From Squalus acanthias (taxonomy: Eukaryota), in contig CM059432.1 of assembly GCA_030390025.1 (NCBI GenBank), forward strand, positions 146,012,001-146,076,000: 64,000 nt of DNA, given 5' to 3'. Both the position numbers and the translations under genes were made by a program. The notes under the pieces were generated by a model. The model saw nothing but the letters and a program-made list of their open reading frames with translations, was not told the DNA's origin and made no database searches. Shown here one piece after another: positions 1-13,046 of the stretch (positions are counted from its first letter, which is position 1; the number at the start of each line of letters is the position of its first letter).

Positions 1-487
1 TGAATGCTTTGCTACTAAGCCTAAGATTCTAGAATTGTTTAAAAGGGAATTTGATAAATATTTCAAATAAATAAAAAAAAGGATATGACCAAGTATAGGA
101 AAATGGAATTAGAGTAGACAGCTTCAATTGAAGAGTTAGCACAATTGCCGACACACAGGCTGAACGGTCTCTTTCTGTGCGGTAAATCCGGGCCATCAAT
201 TACAATGACACGCAGCCATCCCTTGCCAGATGATCCATCATAATGTTAGCTTTTGGCTTTGGATAGTATAGTATATGCAAATATTTGAAATGGTGATTAA
301 GGTTGGCTTCAAATTCAGTGTGGTCAGTGCCAAGAATGCCCCAGCATCATATATATATATATATAAAAAATCAGCTCAATGTTTCACTCAGGGTTAGGTA
401 AATGAGACTAGAGAATGATTACTTCCTTTGCTTTGCTTATCAGTAGATAGACCTAATTTTCTTTTTTAGAGCCATAGAGCTAATTAC

Positions 488-574
488 TTCATTGGGTAAA
501 ATCTTTCTCTGTAGTTCCTGAAGTTTCTTGTAGTATTTTGAATCCAAATATCGAGTCTCTCCTACCAACTCCAC
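488..574 (-). CDS. RGS22: RGS22-like internal exon (VELVGETRYLDSKYYKKLQELQRKILPNE), phase 0/0
   Basis: ttctag acceptor and gtaatt donor; 87 nt open; resembles recalled human RGS22 VELVEETRQLDSTYFRKLQALHKETFSKK. Confidence 0.85.
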
Positions 575-933
575 CTAGAAATAAAAGATCTCCACTGAGT
601 ATCAATGAACAACACTAAAACAATGACAACAATACTCCAGGATGAGGGTGGAGAATTTCTGTAAACTTACAGTATGTTTTCCATTTACAGTAAGAGACAA
701 TCCCGCAGAGGGAGACAGGAGGGAAAGTGTACGCCATGATCACTTAAGAATTTGTATATATTTTTTTGTATTTACAAGTTTTTTGAGGGGGGTTGTGGTC
801 AGTGATTTTCTTTTGCCCTACCTCCATTTAAGACTCCATAGGACATACACTGTGGCCCTTTGAATGGGCCAATAAATAATGACCCGCTAACAAGCCAATG
901 AGCCTCACATATTCAGTTGCTAAACTCAGTCAT

Positions 934-1636
934 GGGGCTGGATTTTGATACTGGGGCGGGTTGGGGTCGTGTCATCCACTTTTCGTGTTATCCACCCGAC
1001 TGCAATTGGATGTGGGAGATTGATGCAATTTTCACCTAATTGGGCAATTGAGTTCTAGCATGTGGGAACCCATGACCCAATTAGTGTTTTCAGTCTGAAA
1101 GTCGCCTTTGATGATGTCATCATTGCTGCTGCATTGAAGGTCTTCAAAGACTGCCTGGCCTTTGCTGTGAGAGGACCTGCAAAATGAGCAGCAGCAGTCC
1201 TAAGTCTGCTCCCAGATATTTTGACACCGCTCCCAGATATGTCTCCTCTGCATCCATATATACATCCATCCAAATAGCCATCCATATATGCATCCCCATA
1301 GCCAGCCAGCCAGCCAGCGTCAGCTATCCAAATGTGCTCCCGCCAGGTTTCACAATCGTGGTTCAGAACAGGCGTGCTTCATGTAGAAAAAGGGTTAAAA
1401 TCACAAAGGCCTTTCAAAATGGCATTATAGAGGCAAGTTAGTGCTTGTTAAGGGCCTTAACAACCTATCCCGCCTCTTAGAGGCGGGACAGAGTCGGGAC
1501 CAGCAGACACGATTTAATGAAAATTGCGTGGAGGCGGGATGGAGGCAGACTTGTGCCCGCCCGCCAGTTTTCGCAATTTTAACCCCCCACACACGCCTCC
1601 AAACCCACCTCCACGGGTCAATGAAAATCCAGCCCC
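934..1636. mobile_element. Non-autonomous Harbinger-like element (MITE)
   Basis: Terminal inverted repeats GGGGCTGGATTTT...AAAATCCAGCCCC, flanked by cat/atg. Confidence 0.65.
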
Positions 1637-1899
1637 ATGGTGTCAAGGAGATCTGGCATTTGGAGATCAGCTGCTTCCTTACAAGGAGGGTTCTGAGTAA
1701 CTGCACTCACACAATGCCCCTACTGGCTGGTTACAGGGCAGATTGGCTGTCCATTCTGTCATCCAGGAAAGTATTCATGATACAGAGAGAAAAGAAAAAA
1801 ATAGGAAGTACGAAAAATATAAGTACAAGACTGTACAAAACATGAAGTGGACCATTTTCTAGACTCATTTAAAAAGGTGGTTGGATGCATTGACTCTAC

Positions 1900-2094
1900 C
1901 TTTCTGTACGCTGACTTGTCCATTTCAATCATGTGCATCCAAGGTACCAGTAGCAAGATGAGAGCGTGTTCCTCTACCTCATCAAACAGCTCTTCAAAGG
2001 GTGGCTCCAGATTTCTGTAGATCTTTTTCTTATTCTCTGTATCTACTTTGACATCTGCTGGAGCCCCATCAACAATGTATGTAGCAAAAATAAA
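1900..2094 (-). CDS. RGS22: RGS22-like internal exon (FIFATYIVDGAP...PPFEELFDEVEEHALILLLVPW...SAYRK), RGS-domain C-terminal part
   Basis: tttcag acceptor and gtagag donor; 195 nt; resembles recalled human YLFATYVAPSA...PPFEDLFDTAEEYILLSLLEPW...IAYKK. Confidence 0.9.
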
Positions 2095-2380
2095 CTGAAA
2101 CAAGTGGACAAATCGTGAAAAGATCAGTTTGTAGCTGGAAATGTCCAAACAGTCAGTTAGGTTCCAACAGTTCCTTACAACCATACAAACAAACTGCTTT
2201 TTCATCATCAAATATATTGGTGACTCCTGGATTGCAGAGTCAGTCAGACACAGGCAGGTGAATGACTAAAGAAATTCCAGTGGGGTCTATTCTGGGTCTA
2301 CTGCTGTTACCCTATTCTTAAATAATACAGAGGACAATAATTCTAATAATAATATTATAACGTTTTCTGAATGCATCTCC

Positions 2381-2490
2381 CCCAGTGGCTTAGTGGGTAA
2401 TGTACCACCTGTTGTGGTACTGAGCCACACTGACGAGAAGATCTAAAGTTTGATTCCTGGCTTGTGCTGAGTTAACTTATCTCAGCAGGG
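2381..2490 (+). mobile_element. Decayed tRNA-headed SINE fragment
   Basis: A-box-like gtggcttagtgggt and B-box-like gtttgattcc. Confidence 0.4.
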
Positions 2491-3095
2491 AGCGCAGGGA
2501 TCACAGTGTGCGATTAAGCCGCACCCATTCAAAGCGTTGCAGGCAGCAGGCTAACTTGCGCTGCCTACTGTTTTAAAGAGTTCTGTGTGCAGCCAGCGCT
2601 ACCCGTGCTGCTCATTGGCTGTGTAATACATTTTATAGTCCCTTTGGACTGTCTGCCAAATAGTCCGAAGGTGACTCCATATTACTAACCGTTATGATTT
2701 TTATTTAAGCATAAGTTAATACACGCAGTAGTTGAGCAGCAGTTTACAAGGAACAATTGAGAATTATATTACTCTGTTGATCCTTGGGTCAATGGATTTA
2801 TATCATTCGTCCCTTGTACACCCTGCAAATCGTCCTCGCCACCCGCCTGGTGACCCCTGTTAAACCCACTACCCCGAAAAAGTACCCAGCCCCTACAGTT
2901 ATACCCCAAAACTAAATTACAGCAAATTTCATCCAATCATGTATCTTCCATACCCCCATACTAACCAATCATGGGCCTGGCACGTACATGTCCAGGCACA
3001 GACAAGGTGTGATAAAGGGCAGTTAGAAAGATTAACTGTGGTCGTCTGGCATTGTTCTCTGACTATTTATGCTGTGCCCATATGCATCTCTTCAC

Positions 3096-3186
3096 TTCAC
3101 CTGACAAAGGAGCAGCGCTCCGAAAGCTTGTGATTTCAAATAAAGCTGTTGGACTATAACCTGGTGTTGTGCGACTTCTCACTTTT
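3096..3186 (+). mobile_element. Penelope-like element end with degenerate minimal hammerhead fold
   Basis: tcac-CTGACAA-a-ggagc/gctcc-GAAA-gctt-gtga followed by aataaa; same unit recurs at 3940-4133 and 17778-17902. Confidence 0.6.
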
Positions 3187-3190
3187 TTAC

Positions 3191-3475
3191 AGAGAGAGAG
3201 AGACCAGTCTGAAACTGACAGAGCTGTATCTGTAGAGAGAGACCAGGCCTAAAACTGACAGTGCTGTATCTGTAGAGAGAGACCAGGCCTGAAACTGACA
3301 GTGCTGTATCTGTAGAGAGAGACCAGGCCTGAAACTGACAGTGCTGTATCTGTAGAGAGAGACCAGGCCTGAAACTGACAGTGCTGTATCTGTAGAGAGA
3401 GACCAGGCCTAAAACTGACAGTGCTGTATCTGTAGAGAGAGCGACCAGGCCTGAAACTGACAGAGCTGTACAGAG
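3191..3475. repeat. Minisatellite, about 7 copies of a 40-bp unit (agagagagaccaggcctgaaactgacagtgctgtatctgt)
   Basis: Directly visible head-to-tail repeats. Confidence 0.95.
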
Positions 3476-3800
3476 TAGATGGAGAGAAACTGTTCCCATC
3501 AGCGGAAGGTTCGAGAACCAGAGGACACAGTTAAGGTGGTTGGCAGAAGAGCCAAAGGCGACATGAGGTAAAACTTTTTTATGCAGCGGGTGGTTTAGGA
3601 TCTGGAATGCACTGCCTGAAAGGGTGGTGGAGGCAGATTCATTCATGGCTTTCAAAAGGGAATTGGATAAGTACCTGAAGAAAAATTTTTGCAGGGCTAC
3701 GGGGACAGGGCGGGTGAGTTGTACTAGCTGAAGTGCTCTTGCAGAGAGCCGGCATGGGCTCGATGGGCCGAATGGCCTTCTTCTGTGCTGTAACCAGTCT
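3470..3800 (+). mobile_element. CR1 LINE 3' fragment
   Basis: KLFP...IWNALP-type RT C-terminus and CR1 3' UTR (gggccgaatggccttcttctgtgctg). Confidence 0.8.
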
Positions 3801-3939
3801 AAGACCCCAGAGCCACCACAAAGTTGATAAGTCAGTATGCCTACTCAGTCTGTTCTTACAAATCCTCGGTCTTGCTGAGCAACATCACAGGTGATCTGCA
3901 GTATTTCTATAAAATCCTGTCTAAAACATCACTTTTTGA

Positions 3940-4133
3940 TGTGAGAAGTCGCACAACACCAGGTTATAGTCCAACAGCTTTATTTGAAATCACAAGCTTT
4001 TGGAGCGCTGCTCCTTCGTCAGGTGAAGTTCCGAAAGCTTGTGATTTCAAATAAAGCTGTTGGGCTATAACCTGGTGTTGTGCGACTTCTCACATTTGTC
4101 CACCCCAGTCCAACACCAGCATCTCCACATCAT
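3940..4133. mobile_element. Penelope-like inverted terminal structure (hairpin)
   Basis: 3941-4003 is the near-perfect reverse complement of 4030-4092; hammerhead-like fold on the minus strand at 3990-4026. Confidence 0.65.
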
Positions 4134-4719
4134 GATCACTTTTTGAGGCAGAAGAGCAGTAACCTATCTAATAGTTCCTTCTGGGTCATTCCTCTGATAC
4201 TGAGAATCCAGCTTGATGCTCTTCTCTGCCTGGATGACCTCCTTATGTTTTGGTAACTGAAACTGTGCAGTGCTTCATGTTGGGCACGAGTCCGTAGGGT
4301 TTCAGCGTCCTCTCTAACTACCTGCTTGCTGGTATAACATTTGAAGAATTTGTTGTATCTGCCACTTGGGGTAATTCTACCCTAACCTGCCCAGTGGCAA
4401 ACTGACTGGTTCAGATTGGCTGCCCGTTTTACAACCTTCCCGGTTTTTATTTTCCATTGACTTCAATGACACAAACGTGGCTGTAACTGATGATGTTAGC
4501 AACATATATTGAAATTAAGCCTGTTACAAGCATCTGAACTGCAGCTGATTTTTTTAAAATTGCTTATTTAGTGTGACCGGCTTTAAAGGAGTACTCACTG
4601 AATAAAAACCGGGCAAACATATCTCAATTTTGTCGCATTCCCTGTTGCATCTTTGCTGGTCTCCTTACCCTTCCCATTTAGAAAGACCCATTAAGATAGT
4701 TTCTGCATATTTCGATGTG

Positions 4720-5020
4720 AAGGGTTGATAACCAGAGGGCGCAGATTTAAGGCGATTGGCAAAAGAACCAGAGGCGACATGAGGAAAAACTTTTTTACAC
4801 AACGAGTGGTTAGGATTTGGAATGCACTGCCTGATGGGGTGGTGGATACAGATTCAAGAGTAGCCTTCAAAAGGGAATTGGATAAATACTTGAAGGAGAA
4901 AAATTGCAAGGATATGGGGAAAGAATGGGGGTGAGGGACTAACTGGATTGCTCTTTGAAAGAGCCGGCGCACTCAAGGGGTCGAATGGCCTCCTTCTGTG
5001 CTGTACTATTCCATGATTCT
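4720..5020 (+). mobile_element. CR1 LINE 3' fragment
   Basis: ORF RGDMRKNFFTQRVVRIWNALP plus CR1 3' UTR. Confidence 0.85.
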
Positions 5021-5118
5021 TTACAACCCTAACATAGTCTTTAACACCACCCCACCCATCCAGATCTGGGTCACCAAATATTGATCATTATTGAAATAAT
5101 ATGTATTTCATAGCTTGC

Positions 5119-5220
5119 CTGAGCTTGTCTCCTGAGTTTAAAAGGTTGAAAGATTTCTGCATAAAAAAGTAGCTGATATTCTTTTAGGTCAAACCACAAG
5201 TTCACGCCATTGCTCCATAA
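5119..5220 (-). CDS. RGS22: RGS22-like internal exon (LWSNGVNLWFDLKEYQLLFYAEIFQPFKLRRQAQ) with GC donor
   Basis: ttgcag acceptor; CAG|gcaagc donor; 102 nt; resembles recalled human LWKNSVYFWFDLQAYHQLFYQETLQPFKVCKQAQ. Confidence 0.88.
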
Positions 5221-5432
5221 CTGCAAGATAGTGAGAAAAAATAGTTCATATTCGACACAACAATGGCTTGTTTCTATCCAATGTAGTCATTCTGCATAAC
5301 TGCTAAAGTCTGACATAAGAACACAGTGGTACCATGTAACTGATGAATTATATAAAGATTAAATGCTCCCTGATTACCATGTAGGAAAAGGACTCATCAT
5401 GACCGAGAAAAGGAGGAATCTATAGAAATAAT

Positions 5433-6153
5433 GGCCCGTATTTTCCGATGCCTACGGGTGTGTACGAGCTGTGTCCACACCCGTAAGGACCTCGCAAGTG
5501 CCGGTTTCAGGCGTGCGAAGCGCATGCGCTGAAAACCGGCATTTCCGATCTGGCAAGAATGTTCTTGACAGATCGCACGCCTGCCCTGGAGAAGGGCCTC
5601 TGTGGGGGGAGAGTTCCGCTTTCTGCAGAACCTCCGCCCGCTGAAATCCCTTAAAAATCTTCGCCTTATGCCTGCTTTTACCAGCATAAGAGTTTAAAAA
5701 AGTTAAAAAAAAAAAAAATTTTTCACTCATTTATAATTTTAAAATATTTTTAAAAAAGGTAAGTTTATTTTTAGCCCTGTAAAAAACTAAAATTTTTTTT
5801 CAAAAAATTAAATTTTTGTTTAAAATATTTAATTTGATGTAATTTTAACTAATTTTAAAAAAGTGATTTAAAAAAAAATTATTTAATGTTTTGATGTGTT
5901 TTTGGAGTGATCTCCATTCATACTTTTGACAGGTCTAAGCTGTCAAAAGTATGAAGGGAGATTCCCTTCTTTAATTGGTTCCCCAAGGCCCACGTGATTC
6001 CAGGGACGCTTGCGAACCGCCTGCGCCTCTGTGATACGTGGGCTCTGCGCATTTCGTAGAGCAGAGGCCCCGGAGCCCTCAGGTAAGGGCGTAGATTTTT
6101 TCCAGATCGGAGGCCTCCGCACGCGGGAAGCCTCCGATCGGAGAATACGGGCC
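5433..6153. mobile_element. Harbinger-type MITE with GC-rich arms and AT-rich core
   Basis: TIR GGCCCGTATT(T/C)TCCGAT; 3-bp TSD AAT on both sides. Confidence 0.85.
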
Positions 6154-6688
6154 AATGTTCAGCATCTGGAGGACAATTAAGTGCGCTGTTACAGAGTGGA
6201 CCAAGCCCAGGGGAATAGGGCCAGGACCAACTGAAGCTGGGAATAGAGTCTGGAGCAGCCCAACATTGGGGAGCAGGTCGCTGCAGTGTGGTGAATTTGT
6301 TTTAGTCTCGACTATTGTTTGTTACCGTGGATGCAGTTGAAATAGCTTGGGGTGACTAGAGTGTTGTGCCAGAGAGTCTCTGAGATAACTTAGACCCTAC
6401 GCAGTCTACCCAAAAAAATCAATGCTGGCAAGGGTTGGGGCTGAGCCATACTCCTGTCTAAAAATACAATAACAGTCTGTCCCTACAATTGTTAATGGTT
6501 TACGGTTTAGCTTTAATAGCACAGAGAGACTTTGTGGCCCAACTATTTGAAAACACACGTGTTGGGCTTGTTAGCAGTTTTAGCGGGGTTCAGCATAGCC
6601 TTCATCTGATGGACCAAACCCTTTGCGAAGAAGGAAGCTTCAGTGAACAGACCAATCAGATTGCTGACAGATTCAGATTTTTAATAAT

Positions 6689-7432
6689 GGGCCAAAAATT
6701 CATCCCGCTGCGCGAGAGTACGCACTGCGTACTCTCGCGTATTCTCTCTCCAATTGCCGGTTTTCTGCATGCCCTGCGCATGCGCTGAAAACCGGCACTT
6801 GGTCTTTTGAAAAGGGGGCGGTTCCTCGGTGCATCGCGTGCGCGCTACAGGCTGCGCGCACGCTGTGCACTTCGTGCTTTGGATGCGCAGGTAAGGACGG
6901 AAGATTTTAGAAATGGAAAAAGGAGGAGTAAGACCCACTTTTAACAAGGTAAGTAGTGAATTAAGTATTTTTTTGAATTTTTTTTAACAGGTATATCTTT
7001 TTTAGAGACTTTAAAGACAGGTAAGTTTATTTTTATAACTTTTTAAAAGATTTTAAATTTTTTCAAAAATTAAATTTTTTATTTAAAATGGTTAATTTAT
7101 TTAACTATACTTATTTTATTAATGTGATGGTTTTTAAAAAAAATTTAATTGAGGTTTAGCTGTTATTTTGGGGGGGTGTAAGATTCATAGATTTCACAGC
7201 ATGTATGTGAAACTTATGAATGGAAGATGGTGTGCTGCCATTGGCTCTAACTGAGTCACGTGATCCCACAGCTCGCACGAATTCACTACGCCGGTGGGAT
7301 ACGCAAGCACTGCCCAGCTGATGTCTGGAACATCAAGTTCGTGCGAGCTGGATCTGAAAAAGCACACGCGGAGTGAGAGATCGCGGGGAAGCCTTACCCC
7401 CGCGGGAACAGAGCGAGATCAATTTCTGGGCC
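6689..7432 (+). mobile_element. Harbinger-type MITE, family A copy 1
   Basis: TIRs GGGCCAAAAATTCATCCCGCT / GGCCCAGAAATTGATCTCGCT; TSD AAT; near-identical inverted copies at 31244 and 41943. Confidence 0.9.
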
Positions 7433-8007
7433 AATATATCGATAAATGCTTAGCAAGTTTCCATCTAATTCCCATCTTCAATGCACTGTGGAAATTCCTG
7501 AGGAATGTTTTTTTACTCTGTACTTCAAGTCTTGTTCAACTTCCTGCTGGGTTTCAATAGCATTACTTAATTTAGTATCTATTTAATAGCTTTCCTCCTA
7601 CGTGTTAGCTATTCCTGTGTAATTTGGCATTACCTAACATAATAGTAGAAACTGCACACAGAAATGCAGAGAGGAATAAGACTGAAACTCAAATGATCAC
7701 ATTTCTGTACATTGTTCTGATGATTCCAACCTCACAGAGCACCCTGATTGAGCAGAGAACGCACTGGAATGTGCAGTTAATCAAAGAGAGTTCGATCCCA
7801 ATTGTATATTTTCTCACTAGGCTAATTTATAAAAACATTAAGGGCTACAGATTCCAATTCACCCACTCCTGGCATACACATTGCAAAATTGTGCATTCCC
7901 AGTCTGTAATTTCCATCCATTAATTTTAATGGGAGTAAAACATCAAGCTGGGAGGGTGCCGTTTTGCAATATGGGCCTTTGCAATATGTACTTTCAGCGC
8001 ACACCAG

Positions 8008-8774
8008 GGGGGAGAAATTCGGTAGAGCCCCGTTTGGGGCGCTAAAACTTTAAAAGTTGAAAAATTAGCGCCAGGCGCTAATCATTCTTGCCTCCCGCAA
8101 AATTCAGTTTTCGCACTCCAAGAAGGAAGTGGAGCGCGAAATCAAGCGCTAACCACTTCTCTTAGGGCGCGAAAGTCCAAGAGCGGGTCGGTAGTGGCAG
8201 AGCGCTAAACAATTTCGAGCGCATTGTAACCGGCACTCTTTCATCACAGAAGCTGCTTCCCTCGCTTAAAGGGAAGGGCCATTGATGCTGCACAAGCTAG
8301 TTGTCGTCAGTCCTGTTTTGCAACGTGACCTGGGCGACTGCCATTACAGCCCCAAACACTCCCACAAAGTGGAGGGCTTGGATATCTCGCACCAATGAAA
8401 CATTAAAAACTTTGCGCAGGCACCAGACTGGTGCAATAATAAAGGTTGCGCGAGCTGAAAAGCATTCCCTTTAATTACCGCTCCCGAAGCGGCCAGCCGA
8501 GGTCACAACGCCTCCTCTCGCTGGCGTTGTCGGCGCGAGGTGATAAAGCCGGGGGCGAGAGTCAATTTTCCATCCGGGTCAATAACGAGGCGCTGCGCAC
8601 TTTATGACGTCACAATCTGCAAGGCGCTAGAGGCCCAGGCACTAAGAGTTAGCGCCAGTGCTAAACCGGCACTGAAGTTCGCGGGCGTCGCTGCATTCAC
8701 CATGCCCGGGCGTTAACGCTTAGCGCCCCCGCCAGGCGCTAACAGGAGGTGCTAACATACCGAATTTCACGGCC
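8008..8774. mobile_element. Harbinger-type MITE rich in GGCGCTA/TAGCGCC motifs
   Basis: GGGGGAGAAATTCGGTA / TACCGAATTTCACGGCC ends; TSD CAG. Confidence 0.75.
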
Positions 8775-8814
8775 CAGGAGTGGGCACATTGACATTTTTA
8801 CCCTAAAACACCAG

Positions 8815-11052
8815 GGGGAGATATTAGCCTCGAAAACAGGGGCGCGGATCGCGATGATTGTGGTGTTCAGCCCAACGCTGAATGTGCTGCTGAGTGGCTG
8901 AACGCTCAGCAGGGGACCCAAATTCGTGTGAGGCCAGCACCATTTAAAGATAGCCTGCACTACTTAAAGGCAGTCTGCACCTCTTAAAGGTGAGGCACAT
9001 TCTGCCTGCAGCAGCTCACTGAACTGGCTGGGGAGGACAGTGACCAACAATTAATGATGGCACAACAGGGAAGAGAGGGTGCACCAAGGTTCTCGAATGC
9101 AGCACTGGAGGCTTTGGTGCAGGAGGTGACCACGAGGAGAGAGGTGCTGTTTCCACAGGGGGCCAGGGGGCCCTCCAGGCAACAGTGTTACATGCAATGG
9201 GAGCAGATAGCCGCTGTGGTCAATGCCAGTAGTATAGCCCCGAGGACCTGAGCGCAGTGCAGGAAAAAGTTTACAAGAGGCCCTGCAGCAACTCGCCAAG
9301 GCTTCTTCGGCAGCAGCTCCCAAACCCGCGACCTCTTCCACCTAGAAGGACAAGGGCAGCAGGCGCATGGGAACACCACCACCTCCAAGTTCCCCTCCAA
9401 GTCACACACCATCCTGACTTAGAAGTATATCGCCGATCCTTCATCGTCGCTGGGTCAAAATCCTGGAACTCCCTCCCTAACAGCACCGTGGGAGTACCTT
9501 CACCACACGGACTGCAGCAGTTCAAGAAGGTGGCTCACCACCACCTTCTCAAGGGCAATTAGGGATGGGCAATAAATGCTGGCCTCGCCAGCGATGCCCA
9601 CATCCCATAAACAAAATTTAAAAAAAACAAGCTGCACATGGTGTAAGCAAGCATCTCTTGCTTTCCCTCCTCCACTCACCATAACCCTACCCTTGTGCCT
9701 TTCTCATTTCAGAGACCCAAGAAATCCAAACTGCCCAGCCAGTGGTTGTAGAAGAAGAGGGAGAGGAGGGTGATGATGAAGAAGAAACACTGTCACTCGA
9801 TCTGACTCTTGCAGCCACCAGCTCAGATACTGGCACTGCGCAGAGTTTAGAGGCGGCATCTCCACGTGGTGAGTCACCAGGCACGAGTGGGCTGCAGCAG
9901 GTCAGGGGAAAAGGGTAGTGCAGGTGCCAGCTCCCCGGAGGGCGAGATCGCACACAAGTTCTGCTGTAGGGTACTCAGATGAGGCACTGATGGGTATGCA
10001 CAACAAAATGTTTGGTGCATTGGCAAGCATGCCAGAAAGCCTGAGTACAATGTCAAGGAGCATGGAGGAGTCCGGCACCAACCTTCCACAGGGCTTTGTG
10101 CAGAGCTTGGAGTTCATGATTTCCAGCATGGAAGGGGTAGGCAGATCCATTAGCGCACTTGTGGAACCAATCATGATGCAGCGTTTGATAGCCAATGCTT
10201 CAGCTTCCGTTTGAGCATAAGAAGAACCCAACATCTGGGTGCGACAGTGGAAGCTCAGACTTGGGCCATGCAAGCACAGACTGCTCTCATGCAGGCTCAG
10301 CTTGCTGCCATCATGGCTGGATTTACCAGGGTGTAAAGGGGTTTTCAGGTTGTCACAACAGTCCAGCAATCTGTCCTCTAACAGATGGCTAGGAATGTTG
10401 AGGCGCCGCCCCGGGGAGTGGCAGTGGCTCCGTTGAGCAAGAACCTGCTGTCCTCTCCCAGGATGACAGCATTCATCCTCCAACCACTGCCACTCCGCCA
10501 GTGCCCTTGCTGTTGCCTGTCAGCCAGCCAGCCCGGACTGCTACCGCCCATGTCGACGTGGTGCAGTCCGTAGCCGGGCCTTCTAGGCCCAGAGGTGCTC
10601 AAGGTCATCCTGCAAGGCCTTCTGCAGTCTCCCCCACTGAAAGTCAGCAGACTTTCACCAGCCATGCAGCAGCCACTGGGGTAGCACTTCGTAGGAGCAC
10701 TAGGACAGGCAAAGGCACACGCAAGACATGCACTAAGTGAATGCACAAGGATGATTCGTTGACTTTGTTATGTTATATTGGATGGATTGATGGATAAGGT
10801 TGGGTTAGAATGTTTCTTTTGTGGCTTTTATTTCAGCATTGTGGCCAAGAGGACGCTGCTATGGTCAGTAACAGAGGGAAGGTAAGGTGTGGGACTTTGT
10901 TGAATGGGGAATTGGGGTTGTGTTCACTCGTACCACAGTCAGAAGAGTCAATCATGGAGAGCCCGAGCAGAAAGGGGCTGTCTGGGTTGCCTCCTCCCTT
11001 CCATTTCCTTCGCTTCCAGTTCCTCTTCTACCATTTCCTCCTCTTCCACTCT

Positions 11053-11085
<33 letters not shown>

Positions 11086-11930
11086 CTCAGCTGGTCACCG
11101 TATGCCTGGTGGCAAGGGCTATGCCCTCATGATGGCAAGGTTGTGGAGCATGCAGCAGACCACGATGAATCTTGAGACATGTTCTGTTGAGTACCGCAGA
11201 GGCCCTCCAGTGCGCTCCAGGCAGCGGAAGCATTATTTAAGCACGCCAATGGTCTGCTCTATCAGATTCCGTTTGGCAGCATGGCTCTCATCGTACGCAT
11301 GCTGCCCACTTGTGGTTAAGTTGTGGAGCGGAGCCATGAGCCAGGTGGTCAGCGGATAGCCCTTGTTGCCCAGTAGCCACCCCCTGGTTTATCTTGGTGG
11401 CTCAAAGACTGAGGTAACATCTCAGCATTTAAATGCGCCGTCCGCAAAGCCACGTGCGTGTAGTTGAAGGCGCCCTGCACCATGGGGAAGCCCGCTATCC
11501 TGGCAAAGCCACGTCCACACTCCGCCTGCCTCTCTCTGGTCAGAGAGAAGACAATGAAGTCTCCTCTCCTGGCATAGAGAAACCGTCTGTCATCTCTCTT
11601 ATGCAGCAGTGGGTGATGGATTGGGAGTTGTTATAGATGTCGTCTGCTCCAACCTGGAAGGATTCTGACACGAAGAAATTCAGGGCCACGGTCACCTTCA
11701 CAGCCACTGGCAGCGCTGTCCTTGCCCTGGAGTGAGGCTGCAGCTGGCTGCAAGAGGTGGCAGAGTTCTGTGAACACCTCCTTCATAAAGCGCAGATGCC
11801 TCACACACTGCTTCTGGCTCAAGCTGTGGTAAGAGAATTGCTCTCAGAAGTCCCTAGGTGGGGAAGAGGTCCCGCTAAGAGCCCTTCCCGCCTCCTCCTG
11901 CTCCCTCTGTGAGCAGCTTGTCCTCTTCTT
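8815..11930. mobile_element. Decayed two-gene Harbinger: Myb/SANT-like remnant (+, about 9057-10740) and HARBI1-like transposase remnant (-, about 11000-11930)
   Basis: MAQQGREGAPRFSNAALEALVQEV...W...PRT; C-terminus ALRRSTRTGKG; transposase pieces similar to 44075-45235 with stops and frameshifts; homologous to 47930-50320. Confidence 0.8.
9279..9628 (+). mobile_element. LINE (CR1/L2 group) 3' end inserted into the Myb remnant
   Basis: SFIVAGSKSWNSLPNS...FKKVAHHHLLKGN* RT tail, A-rich end, possible acaag TSD. Confidence 0.7.
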
Positions 11931-11939
11931 TGCTGCCGG

Positions 11940-12360
11940 GAAGCGGGGTGCTGTGAAAACAGCCCGGCACTCAAGAGGAGTGCCAGGCTGAGCGATCGCG
12001 GCCGGCACCCTGAGAAGAAAAGGGGAAAGGGGGCCGCCCGACACCTGTCCCTTTTACTAGCGCCGCTGCCGCTGCAAAAACGACCCCTGACCCTGTCGGA
12101 CCTATCGTCCGGCGATAGGTCAGGGGGCGCAAGGGAAGTTTGCGGTCGGGGGCGCGAGCGAGGCGCTGCGCACATCGATGACGTCATCGCCGGCGGCACA
12201 ACGCCGCGGGGTGCTACCGGCTACCGCCACCGCTAACCTCCCGCTGAATTTCGCAGGAGGTATTAGCAGCGCCGTGCCTAGGCGCGAGGGGATTTGTGCT
12301 CCTTGTTAGTGCCCCCCGGGGGCGCTAACAAGAGGCGCAAATCAACCCAATTTTTCCCTC
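11940..12360. mobile_element. Half of a GC-rich Harbinger MITE (one end)
   Basis: Similar to the right half of 61696-62417; ends caatttttccctc. Confidence 0.6.
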
Positions 12361-12882
12361 CTAGTCTCTTCAACCTTTCCTCAGCTCAGTACCATGCTAA
12401 GTATCAGCTTGGTTTTCCTTTTATGCACTACCTCCAATGTCTGGATATTCTTGCTGTAGTATGGTGACCAGAATAGTACATAGCTCTCTAAATATGATCA
12501 TAACAGTACTATAGCTAACACTTGGTCCAGAACACTTGCTCTGCAAATGACAGTGAAAGTATTGCCCAAGCTCAGAAGGGACAATGATTTATATATATAT
12601 ATAAAAAAAATAACATATCCACTTGAAGTGCTATTGAAATCTAGATCTAGATGTGGCTAACATTGCTCAATAAAGTAATACAGAAAGTTAGGAGCAGATG
12701 ATGAATAACACTCAATTTACATGGAACAGTCATGGCAGCATTAAGTCCTGCAACCTGCCAGCTTGGAAATAGTGGTTGTTTTAATTCTCAAACGGAAGTC
12801 AGATTTCAGTTCTGTTCTCAAACTGACTAAGGAATAAATAAAGGAGCTCTCTGTCCACTAATCCAAGGTTTATTTTGCTTAC

Positions 12883-13008
12883 CGGATTTCCTGTTTGTTC
12901 GCAAAAATCTGTGAAGATGTATCCAGTTTTGCTTTCATGTTGCAGGGCATACAGCAGGTTTTCTATTTTATAATTGCATATAGCCTCTTGGTATTTTGTG
13001 ATCCGCAT
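12883..13008 (-). CDS. RGS22: RGS22-like internal exon (MRITKYQEAICNYKIENLLYALQHESKTGYIFTDFCEQTGNP), phase 0/0
   Basis: ttctgtag acceptor and gtaagc donor; 126 nt; resembles recalled human MENLLQSLYVENRAGFFFTKFCEHSGNK. Confidence 0.85.
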
Positions 13009-13046
13009 CTACAGAAACACACACAAACAGGACTCTCTAATTCAGT

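Noticed and set aside
3191..3475. CRISPR-like array
   Set aside because: Head-to-tail repeats with no unique spacers and no cas genes; eukaryotic minisatellite.
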